DNA from: Candidatus Delongbacteria bacterium
GTDB taxonomy: Bacteria > CAIWAD01
DNA: 64,000 nt
Assembly: GCA_041675285.1 (NCBI GenBank)
Contig: JBAYTZ010000018.1
Span: forward strand, 7,586-71,585
Direction of reading: 5' to 3'
Part shown: in pieces, positions 28,336-38,156 of the stretch
Numbering within the stretch: position 1 is the first letter of the stretch
Layout of the letters: every line of letters begins with the position of its first letter
Notes under the pieces: generated by a model
The model's input: only the letters and a program-made list of their open reading frames with translations
Database searches by the model: none
What the model was told of the DNA's origin: nothing
Program-made: the position numbers and the translations under genes

Positions 28336-28644
28336 GCCCAACCGCAGTTGGACCTTCCTGGGGCGGGTCGACGTGGGTCGGCGCCGCCCCTTGTCATGTA
28401 TCGAAAGGGCTCACAGCTGGTGCGCTTCCTTGACAACGGGTCTCAGAGGCGAACGAATCCGCCCGGTCATCCAGGGCGAAGTCAAGGCGCGGCGGCGCGT
28501 CGAAAACAGGTGCGCGATTTGCTGGGGGAATCTCGATCGGAAGGAGGCCCCATGCAGACCGCACTCAGCCGCACCCAAACCCGGACGGGCCGTGCCCGCC
28601 CCGCGTTCCTTGCCGGCCCCCGAGGCCTTCCTTACTTTCCCCCC

Positions 28645-29874
28645 ATGAAAGCCATTCCCATTCTGCTCTGCTGCGTGGCCCTGCTCTGGTCGGGTTGCGC
28701 CATCGAGGAAGTGGACGAGCACCACGAGACGGGCACCCTGGTTTTCCGGGCGGAGAACCTGGCGGACGCCCACGAGGCCGTCTCCGGCACCCTGGACATC
28801 GCCGGGCACAACCCGCCCAGCATCCCCTACTCCGGCACGGACTCGCTGGTGGTGGTGACGGGCCTGCCGCTGGACAGCGCGCTGACCCTCAGTTTCACGC
28901 CCACGGATGCCGACCTCTGGTTCGACGCGGAACCCCTGCACTTCTCGCTCAGCAGCGCCGCGCCGCGCCAGACCCACGTGCTGCGGCTGACGGCGCGGAC
29001 GGATTCCACCCTCTCCGTGATGGTGCGCACCCTCTCCGATGGCGACGAACTCACCGGCATGCCGCTCTGGCTGGACGGCGTGCGCTGGCCCCAGGATTCG
29101 CCGGCCACCGTGCACTTCAGCGCCGGGACCTCGCACCTGCTGGAATCCCGCAACGAGACCTGCACGCGCGGCAGCCGGACCTTCAGCTTCCTCGACGCCC
29201 CGACCGAGGACCTGCTGCTGGATCTGCCCGCCATCCTGACCAGCGCCGACGCCATTGCCCCGGACGCGGACCTCGTGGTGAACGGCCAGTCGGTGGGTCC
29301 GTACTGGGACTGGTTGAATGCTCCCGCCCAGGACTTCTTCGTCAGCGCCTGGCGGCAGGGCTTCCGGCCCAACCCGGCCTTCTTCACCCTGGACGGCTTC
29401 TGCGGCGAGGACGCCGGGTTCGAGTGGATCGCCAACCCGGAAGGCTACCTGGCGGACCAGCTCTTCCCGGACTTCACCCTGGAGCAGGTGGTGCCGGGCC
29501 AGACCGCGCCCATCGGCGAGTACAGCCTGCGCCAGCTGCGCGGCCGCACGGTGCTGATGACCTTCTGGTACATCACCTGCGTCAACTGCCAGCTGGAGAT
29601 GCCCGGCTTCCAGAACCTGCTGGACGAGTACTACGACCGGGGCTTCCGCGTGGTGGCGATGGATCCCTATCCCTCCGACGACGCGGCGCTCTTCCCCGAC
29701 TTCGACTTCATTTTCCTGCGGGACACGGGCAGCCCGCCGGTGGCGCAGATGGCGCAGGTGGGCGCCTTCCCCACCAACTTCCTCATCCTGCCCGACGGGC
29801 GCATCCACTCGGTGCGCGGCGGACTGAGCGAGGAAGCCCTGGAGAGCCTGTTGCTGGAGCTGCTGCCCGAGTAG
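28645..29874 (+). CDS. lipoprotein with a C-terminal TlpA/ResA-like thioredoxin domain (CVNC)
   Basis: Lipobox LLWSGC. C-terminal RGRTVLMTFWYITCVNCQLEMP...FPTNFLILPDGRI is a redoxin fold with a CxxC motif. The N-terminal ~300 aa is unassigned. Confidence 0.55.
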   Translation: MKAIPILLCCVALLWSGCAIEEVDEHHETGTLVFRAENLADAHEAVSGTLDIAGHNPPSIPYSGTDSLVVVTGLPLDSALTLSFTPTDADLWFDAEPLHFSLSSAAPRQTHVLRLTARTDSTLSVMVRTLSDGDELTGMPLWLDGVRWPQDSPATVHFSAGTSHLLESRNETCTRGSRTFSFLDAPTEDLLLDLPAILTSADAIAPDADLVVNGQSVGPYWDWLNAPAQDFFVSAWRQGFRPNPAFFTLDGFCGEDAGFEWIANPEGYLADQLFPDFTLEQVVPGQTAPIGEYSLRQLRGRTVLMTFWYITCVNCQLEMPGFQNLLDEYYDRGFRVVAMDPYPSDDAALFPDFDFIFLRDTGSPPVAQMAQVGAFPTNFLILPDGRIHSVRGGLSEEALESLLLELLPE

Positions 29875-29897
29875 GGCCAATTGGAAAGGAAGGACCC

Positions 29898-30659
29898 ATG
29901 AGATTCATCTGGCTGGCGGCGCTGGGCATCTGGCTGGCCGCCTCCCGTCCGGCCCAGGCCCAGTGCATGGACCTGACGGTGCCGGACACGCTCTCCTACA
30001 CCATCCAGGTGCCGGAGATCTCCCTGGCGAATCCCGTCTCGCGGAAGTTCTACTACGAGGCCTACAATCCCAACATCCTGGACGAACTGCTCTTCGTCCA
30101 CCTGGTCAAGAACAGCGGCCCGGCCATCGGGGACTGGCGCTACCAGTGGTGCGAGGATCCGGCCACCGATCCCCACGCCCAGTGCCGGCCCATCCAGCCC
30201 TGGGAGACCGAGTTCAGCATCCACGACACGCTCTACAGCGAGGACGGCTCGCTCTACGACGTGGAATTCTACGCCATCATCTTCGGTTCGGCCGAACTGG
30301 AGCTGACCCTGACCCGGGAGTTCTGTCCGGAGACCGTCGTCCATCAGGTGCTGAACGTTACCGTGGAGCAGGACTCGGGCCTAGCGGAGTGGCCTACCGA
30401 TCTGGAACTGCAGGCGGCCTGGCCGAATCCCTTCAATCCCCTGGCCCACATCCCCTTCCACCTGGAGCGGGCGGGTGCGGTGCGCGTGGACGTCTACGAC
30501 CTGAACGGCCGGCTGGTGGGCACGCCGCTGCTGGGCTCGCTGCCCGCGGGCCGCCACGAGGCGCTGTTCGACGGCAGCGGGCTGCCCAGCGGCCGCTACA
30601 CCTATTGCGTGCGGACGGAGGATTCCTCCCTCAGCGCCCCCCTGACCCTGATCAAGTGA
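29898..30659 (+). CDS. small secreted protein with a T9SS type-A C-terminal sorting domain
   Basis: Signal peptide with AQA cleavage site. Tail AAWPNPFNPLAHIPFHL...GRYTYCV. AAAGGAAGGA SD before the ATG at 29898. Confidence 0.5.
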   Translation: MRFIWLAALGIWLAASRPAQAQCMDLTVPDTLSYTIQVPEISLANPVSRKFYYEAYNPNILDELLFVHLVKNSGPAIGDWRYQWCEDPATDPHAQCRPIQPWETEFSIHDTLYSEDGSLYDVEFYAIIFGSAELELTLTREFCPETVVHQVLNVTVEQDSGLAEWPTDLELQAAWPNPFNPLAHIPFHLERAGAVRVDVYDLNGRLVGTPLLGSLPAGRHEALFDGSGLPSGRYTYCVRTEDSSLSAPLTLIK

Positions 30660-30666
30660 GGTTGCC

Positions 30667-31182
30667 ATGCTGCGCCGTGCTTCGCTTCTGCTGACTCTGC
30701 TGGGCCTGCTGCTGACCGCCGGAAGCGCCGGGGCTGCCGAGACGGCCGCCTTCCGCCTGCGCGACCTGAACGGCAAGACCGTGGACCTGGCCGCGCTCTG
30801 CGCCCAGGGTCCCGTGCTGATTTCCTTCTGGGCCACCTACTGCGAACCCTGCAAGAAGGAGATCCCCCATCTGGTGGAGCTGGTGAAGGAGTTCCAGGAC
30901 CAGAAGCTGCAACTGGTGCTGATCACCGTGGACAGTCCGCGCAGCCAGAAGCAGGTCAAGCCCTACGTCACCAGCAAGGGCTGGAACATGCCTGTGCTGA
31001 TGGATCCCAACGGCCAGACCATGAAGAAACTCAAGGGCGGCAACCCGCCCTACACGCTGCTGGTGGGCAGCAAGGGTGAAATCCTCTACTCCCACAGCGG
31101 CTACAAGCCCGGCGACGAGAAGGTCCTCAAGCAGGAAGTGGACCGGCTGCTCAAGGCCGCCCAGACCGGTGCCAAGCATTGA
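30667..31182 (+). CDS. periplasmic thiol:disulfide oxidoreductase (TlpA/redoxin family, CEPC)
   Basis: Signal peptide. LISFWATYCEPCKKEIPHL thioredoxin-fold active site. Both Cys are TGC codons, so it is not a selenoprotein. Confidence 0.7.
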   Translation: MLRRASLLLTLLGLLLTAGSAGAAETAAFRLRDLNGKTVDLAALCAQGPVLISFWATYCEPCKKEIPHLVELVKEFQDQKLQLVLITVDSPRSQKQVKPYVTSKGWNMPVLMDPNGQTMKKLKGGNPPYTLLVGSKGEILYSHSGYKPGDEKVLKQEVDRLLKAAQTGAKH

Positions 31183-32765
31183 TGCGCCGCGCACTGGGGC
31201 TGATTCTCGTTGCGGGCCTGCTCGCCCCCCTGGGCGCCGCGGATCTCAACGTCTCCGGCCTGAACACGCTGCGCTACGGCACGGGCACGGCGCTGGACGA
31301 AATCACCCTCCAGGAGACGGATCGCCGCTACTTCGAGGAGACCCTCGACCTGGACCTGAGCGGCGGGGCCTTCCGGCTCAACCTGGCCAGTCTGGCCGCC
31401 TGGCCGACGGAGTTTCCCGACTCCCCGCCCCGCACGGGCGACGCGGAAATCCGCCAGCTGGCCCTGATCCGCCGCAGCCTGGAATGGAACGGCCCCGTCA
31501 ACGTGCAGCTGGGCGACTTCTGGACCACCTTCGGCAACGGTCTGGCGCTCTCCCTCTACCGCGACGAGGCGCTGGTCAATCCGCGCCTGATCGGCAACGC
31601 GCGCGAAGAGCTGCCCGCCAGCTGGGACAACGGCGGGGACGGCGTGCTGGTGGAGGCCCTGCGCGGAGATTGGACGCTGAAAGGTCTCTGGGGAAACACG
31701 GACTACGTGGGCAAGCTGGCCGGCGGCAACGTGGAGTGGACGCGCGGCTGGGGCAGCCTGGGTGGCAGCCTGGTGCGCGCCACGGGCATCCCGCAGAACG
31801 ACGACATTCGCATCGGCGTGGCGCCCACCCTGGACCTGGTGAGCCGCGAGGCCTACGCCACGCTCCGCGTGGGACCGGCCGAGTTCTCACTCAATCACGT
31901 GGATCAGCACCAGCTGGACACGGAAGCGCGCAACGCGGGCGCCGGCGGCCTGGCCACCTACGCCACGGCCAGCGCGCCGCTGCTGGGCTGGACCGTCCTG
32001 ACGGAATACAAGTACTACCGTTTCGCGCGCCAGACCCTCTACCTCAACAGCGCGCCCACTGTGCAGCGCGAGATCCCCACCCGGCTGATCGCCCGCAGCA
32101 CGCACCGCGTGTTCGCCAACGAGGACGAGACGGGTTTGCAGGTGGACGTCTCACGCTCCTGGGAAGGCGGACACACCCTGCGCGCCAGCGCGGCCTGGGC
32201 CTCGCACATCGACGGCAACCTGTTGCCTGTCCTCGAAGAGGCCCAGAACGGCTACCAGGAGTACACGGCGGGCTGGTTGATGGAGTTCAGTCCCGAGCGG
32301 CACCTGGAGTTGGGAGTGGCCTACACCGAGGAGACCAACGGCTGGCTGCCTGACGGACAGGAGCCCCTGAGCACCGCCTCCTGGTTCCGGCGCACGGGCG
32401 TGAGCGTCGCGCTGCTGACCCCCGCGCCGCTGGTGCGTTCGCTGGAGATCGCAGCGGAGCTGCTGGGCAAGGAGGAACTCACGCTGGACGAGCGCAGCAC
32501 GGGCCTGCTGCTCTGGACCGAGCTCTTTCCCTCACCGGCCTGGTCCCTCAACCTGACGGCGGACTACGACGAGCACAGCACGTCCCGCCAGGACTGGATG
32601 GGTTCCGGCGAGCTGCGGACGGACTTCCACTTCCCGGCTGCCGTGAACCACACGCTGACCGTGTTCGCCGGCCGCTTGCGTGGCGGACAGGTTTGCAGCA
32701 ACGGCAATTGCCGGATCGTGGCGCCCTTCGACGGGGTCAAGCTCACGCTGGCCAGCAAGTTCTAG
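31182..32765 (+). CDS. putative outer-membrane beta-barrel protein
   Basis: Signal peptide, alternating amphipathic segments, and a C-terminal ...LTLASKF ending in Phe (OMP signature). ATG overlaps the previous stop. Confidence 0.4.
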   Translation: MRRALGLILVAGLLAPLGAADLNVSGLNTLRYGTGTALDEITLQETDRRYFEETLDLDLSGGAFRLNLASLAAWPTEFPDSPPRTGDAEIRQLALIRRSLEWNGPVNVQLGDFWTTFGNGLALSLYRDEALVNPRLIGNAREELPASWDNGGDGVLVEALRGDWTLKGLWGNTDYVGKLAGGNVEWTRGWGSLGGSLVRATGIPQNDDIRIGVAPTLDLVSREAYATLRVGPAEFSLNHVDQHQLDTEARNAGAGGLATYATASAPLLGWTVLTEYKYYRFARQTLYLNSAPTVQREIPTRLIARSTHRVFANEDETGLQVDVSRSWEGGHTLRASAAWASHIDGNLLPVLEEAQNGYQEYTAGWLMEFSPERHLELGVAYTEETNGWLPDGQEPLSTASWFRRTGVSVALLTPAPLVRSLEIAAELLGKEELTLDERSTGLLLWTELFPSPAWSLNLTADYDEHSTSRQDWMGSGELRTDFHFPAAVNHTLTVFAGRLRGGQVCSNGNCRIVAPFDGVKLTLASKF

Positions 32766-32793
32766 GGGGCCCGGCGGCCAGACCCGGGATGAC

Positions 32794-34272
32794 ATGGTGA
32801 ACCCACAGCACACGACACCGGACGGCGGGGCGGACACCCGCCGTCTGCTCTCCGGCCTGCCGGCAGTGGACCGCCTGCTGCGCGAGCCGGCGCTGCAGGC
32901 CTGGGAGGACCGCCTGCGCCGCGAGACGCTGGCGATCCTGGCCCGCGAGGAACTGGAGACCTGGCGCGCGGAGCTGCTGGCCGGGACCCGCGGCCAGGCG
33001 GGCTCTGCGGCCGAACTGGCGGCCGGGGCGGCCCGGCGGGCGGCGCGCCTGCTGGACGGCCGCATGCGGCGCGTGATCAACGCCAGCGGCGTGGTGCTGC
33101 ACACGGGCCTGGGGCGCGCCGTGCTGCCGCAGGCGGCCCGCGCGCGCGTGCAGGAGATCCTGACCGGCGCGGTGGACCTGGAGTTCCAGCTGGAGGACGG
33201 CAAGCGCGGCCGGCGCGAGGAGCGGGTGGCCCGGCTGCTGCGCCTGCTCACCGGGGCGGAGGCCGCCCTGGCCGTGAACAACAACGCCGCGGCCGTGCAC
33301 CTGATGCTGCGCGCCCTCTGCGCCCGGCGCGAGGTGATCGTCTCCCGCGGGCAGCAGGTGGAGATCGGCGGCGGCTTCCGCATTCCCGAGGTGATCCGCC
33401 AGAGCGGCGCGCGGCTGGTGGAGGTGGGCTGCACCAACCGCACGCACTGCGAGGACTACGCCCAGGTCATCGGGCCGCGCACGGCGGCCCTCTTGCGCGT
33501 GCATCCCAGCAACTTCCGGGTGAGCGGCTTCACGGCCGAGCCCACGCTGGAGGAGCTGGCGCAACTGGCCCACGCCCGGGGCCTGCTCTTGCTGGACGAC
33601 CTAGGATCCGGCGCCCTGGTGGACTTTCCCGGCGTGCCGGAGCCGGAGCCGCTGGTGACCGCCTCCCTGGCCGCGGGGGCGGATCTGGTCTGCTTCAGCG
33701 GCGACAAGCTGCTGGGCGGGCCCCAGGCGGGCCTGCTGCTGGGGCGCGCGGAGCTGATCCGCAAACTGGCCGCGCATCCCATGATGCGGGCCTTCCGCTG
33801 CGACAAACTGACGCTGGCGGCGCTGGAGGCCGTGCTGGAACTCTATCTGGCCCCCGGCGGCGAGCGGCCAGCCGACCTGCCGGTCTGGGCCGCCTGCAAC
33901 GAGGGGCGGGACGCCGTGCGCCGGCGGGCGGGCGGGCTGTTCGAAGCCCTGCTGCGCGAACTGGGCGCCCCCGCGGTGGCGGCCGGCTGGGAGCGTGCGG
34001 CCGAGGCGGCGGGGCTGGAATTGAGGGAATCAGACAGCACCGGACGGACGGGATCCGGCGCGCTGCCCGGCCAGGATCTGCCCAGCGCGGCCGTGGCCCT
34101 GCGGCCCCTCCGGGGCGGCGCCCACCGCCTGCACGACCGTCTGCGCCGCGGCACGCCCGCCGTGGTGGGCCAGGTCCGGGCGCAGGAACTGCTGCTGGAT
34201 GTCAAGGCCGTGGCCGAGGAGGAGATCCCCGAGCTGGCTGCCGCCGTGCGCCGGGCGCTGGGATTGATATGA
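32794..34272 (+). CDS. selA: L-seryl-tRNA(Sec) selenium transferase SelA
   Basis: VINASGVVLHTGLGRA and FSGDKLLGGPQAG (PLP-lysine) are SelA signatures. About 492 aa. Confidence 0.85.
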   Translation: MVNPQHTTPDGGADTRRLLSGLPAVDRLLREPALQAWEDRLRRETLAILAREELETWRAELLAGTRGQAGSAAELAAGAARRAARLLDGRMRRVINASGVVLHTGLGRAVLPQAARARVQEILTGAVDLEFQLEDGKRGRREERVARLLRLLTGAEAALAVNNNAAAVHLMLRALCARREVIVSRGQQVEIGGGFRIPEVIRQSGARLVEVGCTNRTHCEDYAQVIGPRTAALLRVHPSNFRVSGFTAEPTLEELAQLAHARGLLLLDDLGSGALVDFPGVPEPEPLVTASLAAGADLVCFSGDKLLGGPQAGLLLGRAELIRKLAAHPMMRAFRCDKLTLAALEAVLELYLAPGGERPADLPVWAACNEGRDAVRRRAGGLFEALLRELGAPAVAAGWERAAEAAGLELRESDSTGRTGSGALPGQDLPSAAVALRPLRGGAHRLHDRLRRGTPAVVGQVRAQELLLDVKAVAEEEIPELAAAVRRALGLI

Positions 34273-34548
34273 ATCACCACAGAGACACAGAGTTTTTATT
34301 GGACTCAGCCTGGGTTGTGAGCTGGATCGACCGAGAGTCCATTTGAACACGAAGTCACGAAGTCTCGAAGATGATTTGTGTCACATGAGGGGAGGGCCGC
34401 TTGTGGCTCATTACCACTGAGGCACACAGGCACAGAGTTCTAGCTGGGCTGCCAGAGGCGCTTGACCTTAGGTTTCTTCCCCCCCATCCCATCCCTTCCC
34501 CACTTCGCAGGGGAAGGGGTCGCACAGGCAAAGGTGTCAGGGATGCTT

Positions 34549-35014
34549 GAGGTGAAGCCCGCAGGGCTGAACCAGAACCAGGTGGTGACGCCGTCAGGCG
34601 GAACCAACTACATGGACACAGGAAGTCCAACCGCCGGCCAGCGGAAGGCCACCGCGAGGTGGCCTGACTCTGGCCGCTGAGAAAGAGCGCTTCTTTGGCT
34701 CCACCTTTCTGGCGCCAGCAGAAAGGTGGAAATCAAGGCAACCCGGCAGTTTCCAGGATGCAAGTGAGGTGATGGGATCCCCCGGTCAAGCCGGGGGATG
34801 ACGAGTTGGATGAGTGAGGTGAAGCCCGGAAGGGCTGAACCAGAAAATGGGTGAAGCGCGAAGCGCGAACCAACTACCTGGAGACAGGAAGGAGCCGCTG
34901 CCGCCAGCGGAAGCCCGCCGGGAGGCGGGCTGACTCTGGCGGGTGAGAAAAAGCGCCTCTTTGGCTCCACCTTTCTGGCGCAAGCAGAAAGGTGGAAATC
35001 AAGGCACCCGGCAG
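34549..35014. repeat. two tandem ~200-nt copies (34549-34749, 34816-35014) of a hairpin-rich element; candidate structured ncRNA pair
   Basis: A conserved P1(6 bp) / internal loop GCGGAA...UGACUC / P2(7 bp, GNRA loop) module shows compensatory changes between copies (cggcca-tggccg vs ccgcca-tggcgg; ggccacc-ggtggcc vs gcccgcc-ggcgggc). Each copy also has an identical 10-bp hairpin ccacctttct...agaaaggtgg. Flanked by the palindromes 34493-34519 and 35046-35067. Confidence 0.6.
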
Positions 35015-35153
35015 GTGACAGGGATGCGGTGAACCCCCATCCCGACCTTCCCCCTGCAGGGGGAAGGGGAGCCTGAGCGAAGGTCAAAACGACCGCTGAA
35101 AAGTGCGGAATGAAAAGAGGCGCTGCGCTGCGCCTCCCAGCGCGAGGATTCTG

Positions 35154-35930
35154 ATGGCCTGGATGGGAAAACTAGTCGGCGGCGGGCTGGGGTGGGCCGT
35201 GTTCGGACCCCTGGGCGCCCTGTTGGGCGGCATCATCGGCAACGCCTTCGACCAGCGTGGCGAGACCCGCGAGATCCCCGAGGACTACTACCGGCACCGG
35301 GGCTGGACGCGCAGCGACCCGCGCTTCAGCGCCAACCCGGCGGGCAACTTCGTGCTGGCCCTGCTGGCGCTCTGCGCCCACGTCATCAAGGCCGACGGCA
35401 CCGTGCGCAGCGCCGAGGTGCAGCAGGTTCGCGACTTCGTCCAGCGCACCTTCCCGCACGACGCGGCCGACCTGATGCAGGTGCTCAAGCAGCTGCTGGA
35501 GCAGCAGGTGGACGTGGGTCCGCTCTGCGCGCAGATCGGCATGCACCTGGGCTATCCCGAACGCCTGGAACTGCTGCAGTTGCTGGTGGCCGTGGCCCGC
35601 GCCGACGGCATCCTCAACCCCGCCGAGACCCGCACCGTGCGCGAGATCGCCCAGCGCCTGGGCATCCGCGAGGCCGACCTGCGCACGCTGTTCGGGGCGG
35701 CGGGTCAAGCCAGCGCGCCGGCCCAGGCCGCGCCGGATCCCTACGAGGTGCTGGGAGTCGCCCGGAGCGCCAGCGACGAAGAACTCAAGAAAGCCTGGCG
35801 CGCGCTGGCCAAGAAGTTCCACCCGGATCGCGTGGCCCACCTGGGCGAGGACCTGCGGCGCTTCTCCGAGGAGAAGTTCAAGTCCATCCAGGGCGCCTGG
35901 GACCAGATCAAGCAGGAGCGCGGCCTCTGA
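35154..35930 (+). CDS. djlA: DjlA-like co-chaperone (TM anchor, TerB-like domain, C-terminal J-domain)
   Basis: TM region [21 protein letters not shown]. TerB-like helical region. C-terminal [32 protein letters not shown] is a J-domain with HPD. Stop overlaps the selB ATG (ATGA). Confidence 0.65.
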   Translation: MAWMGKLVGGGLGWAVFGPLGALLGGIIGNAFDQRGETREIPEDYYRHRGWTRSDPRFSANPAGNFVLALLALCAHVIKADGTVRSAEVQQVRDFVQRTFPHDAADLMQVLKQLLEQQVDVGPLCAQIGMHLGYPERLELLQLLVAVARADGILNPAETRTVREIAQRLGIREADLRTLFGAAGQASAPAQAAPDPYEVLGVARSASDEELKKAWRALAKKFHPDRVAHLGEDLRRFSEEKFKSIQGAWDQIKQERGL

Positions 35931-37858
35931 TGTCCCACATCGTCATCGGCACCGCCGGCCACATCGACCACGGCAAGACCAGCCTGGTGCGCGCCCTGAC
36001 CGGCATGGACACCGACACCCTGCGCGAGGAGCGCGAGCGCCAGATCACCATCGACCTGGGCTTCGCCTTCCTGGGCGAGGACGTGACGATCATCGACGTG
36101 CCGGGGCACGAGCGCTTCATCAAGAACATGGTCAGCGGTGTGGCCACCATCGATTTCGTCCTGCTGGTGGTGGCCGCCGACGACGGAATCATGCCCCAGA
36201 CCCGCGAGCACATGGACATCCTGGGCCTGCTGGGGCTGGAACACGGGCTGGTGGTGATCACCAAGGCCGAGATGGCCGAACCCGACTGGCTGGCCCTGGT
36301 CCAGGACGAGCTGCAGACCTTCCTGCGCGGCACCTTCCTCGAGGACGCGCCCGTGCACGTGGTGGATTCGCTCTCCCTGCGAGGCATCGACGAGCTGCGC
36401 AGCGCGCTGGACGCGGCCCTGCACGCCCTGCCGCCCCGGGAGGGCCGGGGCGCCTTCCGCGAGGTGGTGGACCGCGTCTTCAACGTCAAGGGCCACGGCA
36501 CGGTGCTCACCGGCACGGTGCTGGCGGGCTTCCTGAAGAGCGGCGACGAGGTGGAGATCCAGCCCGGCGGACTGAAGGCCCGGGTGCGCGGTCTGCAGGT
36601 GCACGGCAAGGCCGTGGAGCAGGTCCGCCAGGGCGACCGCGCGGCGCTCAACCTGCAGGGCCTGGCCCGCACGGAGCTGGGCCGCGGCTCCTGGGTGGCG
36701 GCCCCCGGCCTGCTCACACCCACCAGCCTGCTGGACGTGCGCCTGCGCGTGCTGCCCGGCGAGCTCCGCCTCAAACATCGCGACCGCGTGCGCGTGCACC
36801 TGGGCACGGCGGAGTTGATCGGCCGCGTGCTGCTGCTGGGCCGCAAGGCCCTGGAACCCGGCGAGGAGGGCTTCGCCCAGCTGCTGCTGGAGGAGGAGAC
36901 CGCCGCCCTGCTGGGCGACCGCTTCGTGATCCGCCGCTATTCGCCCCAGACCACCATCGGCGGCGGCGTGGTGGCGGATCCCAATCCGCGCCGGCACCGG
37001 CCCTCCGCCGGGCAGGTGGTGGACCGGCTGGAGCGCCTGACCGACGGCAGTTTCGACGAGCAGCTCGAGAGCCTGCTGGACGATCCCTGGCAGCCGCTCT
37101 GGCAGGAGAGCGAGCTGCGCGCCCGCACCGGCGCGGAGCCCGACGAGCTGCGCCCGGAGCTGGAGCGCATGGTCGTCCAGGGGCGCGTGCGGCGCTGCGA
37201 GTGGGGCAGCCGCGTGCACTGGATGCTGAGCACGCGCTGGCAGGAGGCGGGGGAGCGGCTGCTGGAGCGCCTGCGCCGGCTGCACGAGGCCACGCCGGAA
37301 CTGCCCGGGCAGCCTGTGGCCCAGTTGCGGGCGGACCTGTTCTCGCGGCCCGGCTGGCAGGCGCACGCCCAGCCCCTGCTGGACGCGCTGCTGGCGGAAC
37401 TGGGCGGAAAGGGTCTGATCAAACTCGAGAATCGCTGCGCCAGCCTGGCCGGCCACGAGCCGCGCCTCTCGCCCGAGCTGCGTCGACGCACGGATGCCCT
37501 GGTGGACTGGCTGGAGGGCCAGGGCTACGGCGCGCCGCGGCTGGAGGATTTCGCCCAGGCTCTGGCCTGCGGCGTGCCCGAAGTCAAACGCCTGCTGGCC
37601 CTGGCGTTGCAGGAGGGCCGCGTGGAGCAGGCCACTGATCAGATCTTCCTGACCCGCGCGCGGCATCTGGCGGCGCTGGCCGAGCTGCGGGCCCTGGGCC
37701 GCAAGCAGCCCGAGGGCTTCACCGTCAGTCAGGCGGGCGCGCGCTTGAGTGCCAGCCGGCGCTTCATGGTTCCATACCTTGAAGCCCTGGACACCCGGGG
37801 CCTCACCCGGCGCGCCGGTAACTTCCGCAGCGTGGCCGACGGAGCGGGGGACTTGTAG
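35930..37858 (+). CDS. selB: selenocysteine-specific elongation factor SelB
   Basis: G-domain GTAGHIDHGKTSLVRALTG, DVPGHERF, ITKAE. C-terminal winged-helix extension. About 642 aa. Confidence 0.85.
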   Translation: MSHIVIGTAGHIDHGKTSLVRALTGMDTDTLREERERQITIDLGFAFLGEDVTIIDVPGHERFIKNMVSGVATIDFVLLVVAADDGIMPQTREHMDILGLLGLEHGLVVITKAEMAEPDWLALVQDELQTFLRGTFLEDAPVHVVDSLSLRGIDELRSALDAALHALPPREGRGAFREVVDRVFNVKGHGTVLTGTVLAGFLKSGDEVEIQPGGLKARVRGLQVHGKAVEQVRQGDRAALNLQGLARTELGRGSWVAAPGLLTPTSLLDVRLRVLPGELRLKHRDRVRVHLGTAELIGRVLLLGRKALEPGEEGFAQLLLEEETAALLGDRFVIRRYSPQTTIGGGVVADPNPRRHRPSAGQVVDRLERLTDGSFDEQLESLLDDPWQPLWQESELRARTGAEPDELRPELERMVVQGRVRRCEWGSRVHWMLSTRWQEAGERLLERLRRLHEATPELPGQPVAQLRADLFSRPGWQAHAQPLLDALLAELGGKGLIKLENRCASLAGHEPRLSPELRRRTDALVDWLEGQGYGAPRLEDFAQALACGVPEVKRLLALALQEGRVEQATDQIFLTRARHLAALAELRALGRKQPEGFTVSQAGARLSASRRFMVPYLEALDTRGLTRRAGNFRSVADGAGDL

Positions 37859-38156
37859 AACGGGCTCAATTCCAGCCCCGCAGATGCAGATAATGAGGGG
37901 GATCGCCGGAATCGGGAGTCTGTCGGACTTGGCCACTTGGCGGGCTTCATCGCCCCACCCGGCCCGGATTTTTCGGAGCTTTCTTGCACATACCCCCAGT
38001 ATGCGCTGCGAAATTTCCGAAGAGCCGGCCTCGACTGGAGCACGCGCGCCTGCGGCGCGAATCCCATCCAAGGTCCAAGCCCGACAGACTCCCAGGGGGA
38101 ATCAGCTTTGCCGGACCTGCGCCAGCCCAAATCGGGAGGCGGGTCCGGCGCGGCGC

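Noticed and set aside
30667-31182. Selenoprotein (UxxC) versions of the TlpA-like redoxins near selA (also 28645..29874).
   Set aside because: Both active-site residues are encoded by TGC (CEPC and CVNC). There is no in-frame TGA.
34273-35153. tRNA-Sec (selC) in the selA-djlA spacer or in the selB downstream region (37859-38156).
   Set aside because: No 8/5 acceptor / T-stem cloverleaf, no UCA anticodon loop (U-UCA-A) and no GTTCRANYC T-loop could be built. The conserved hairpins have GNRA loops and 6/6 internal loops instead.
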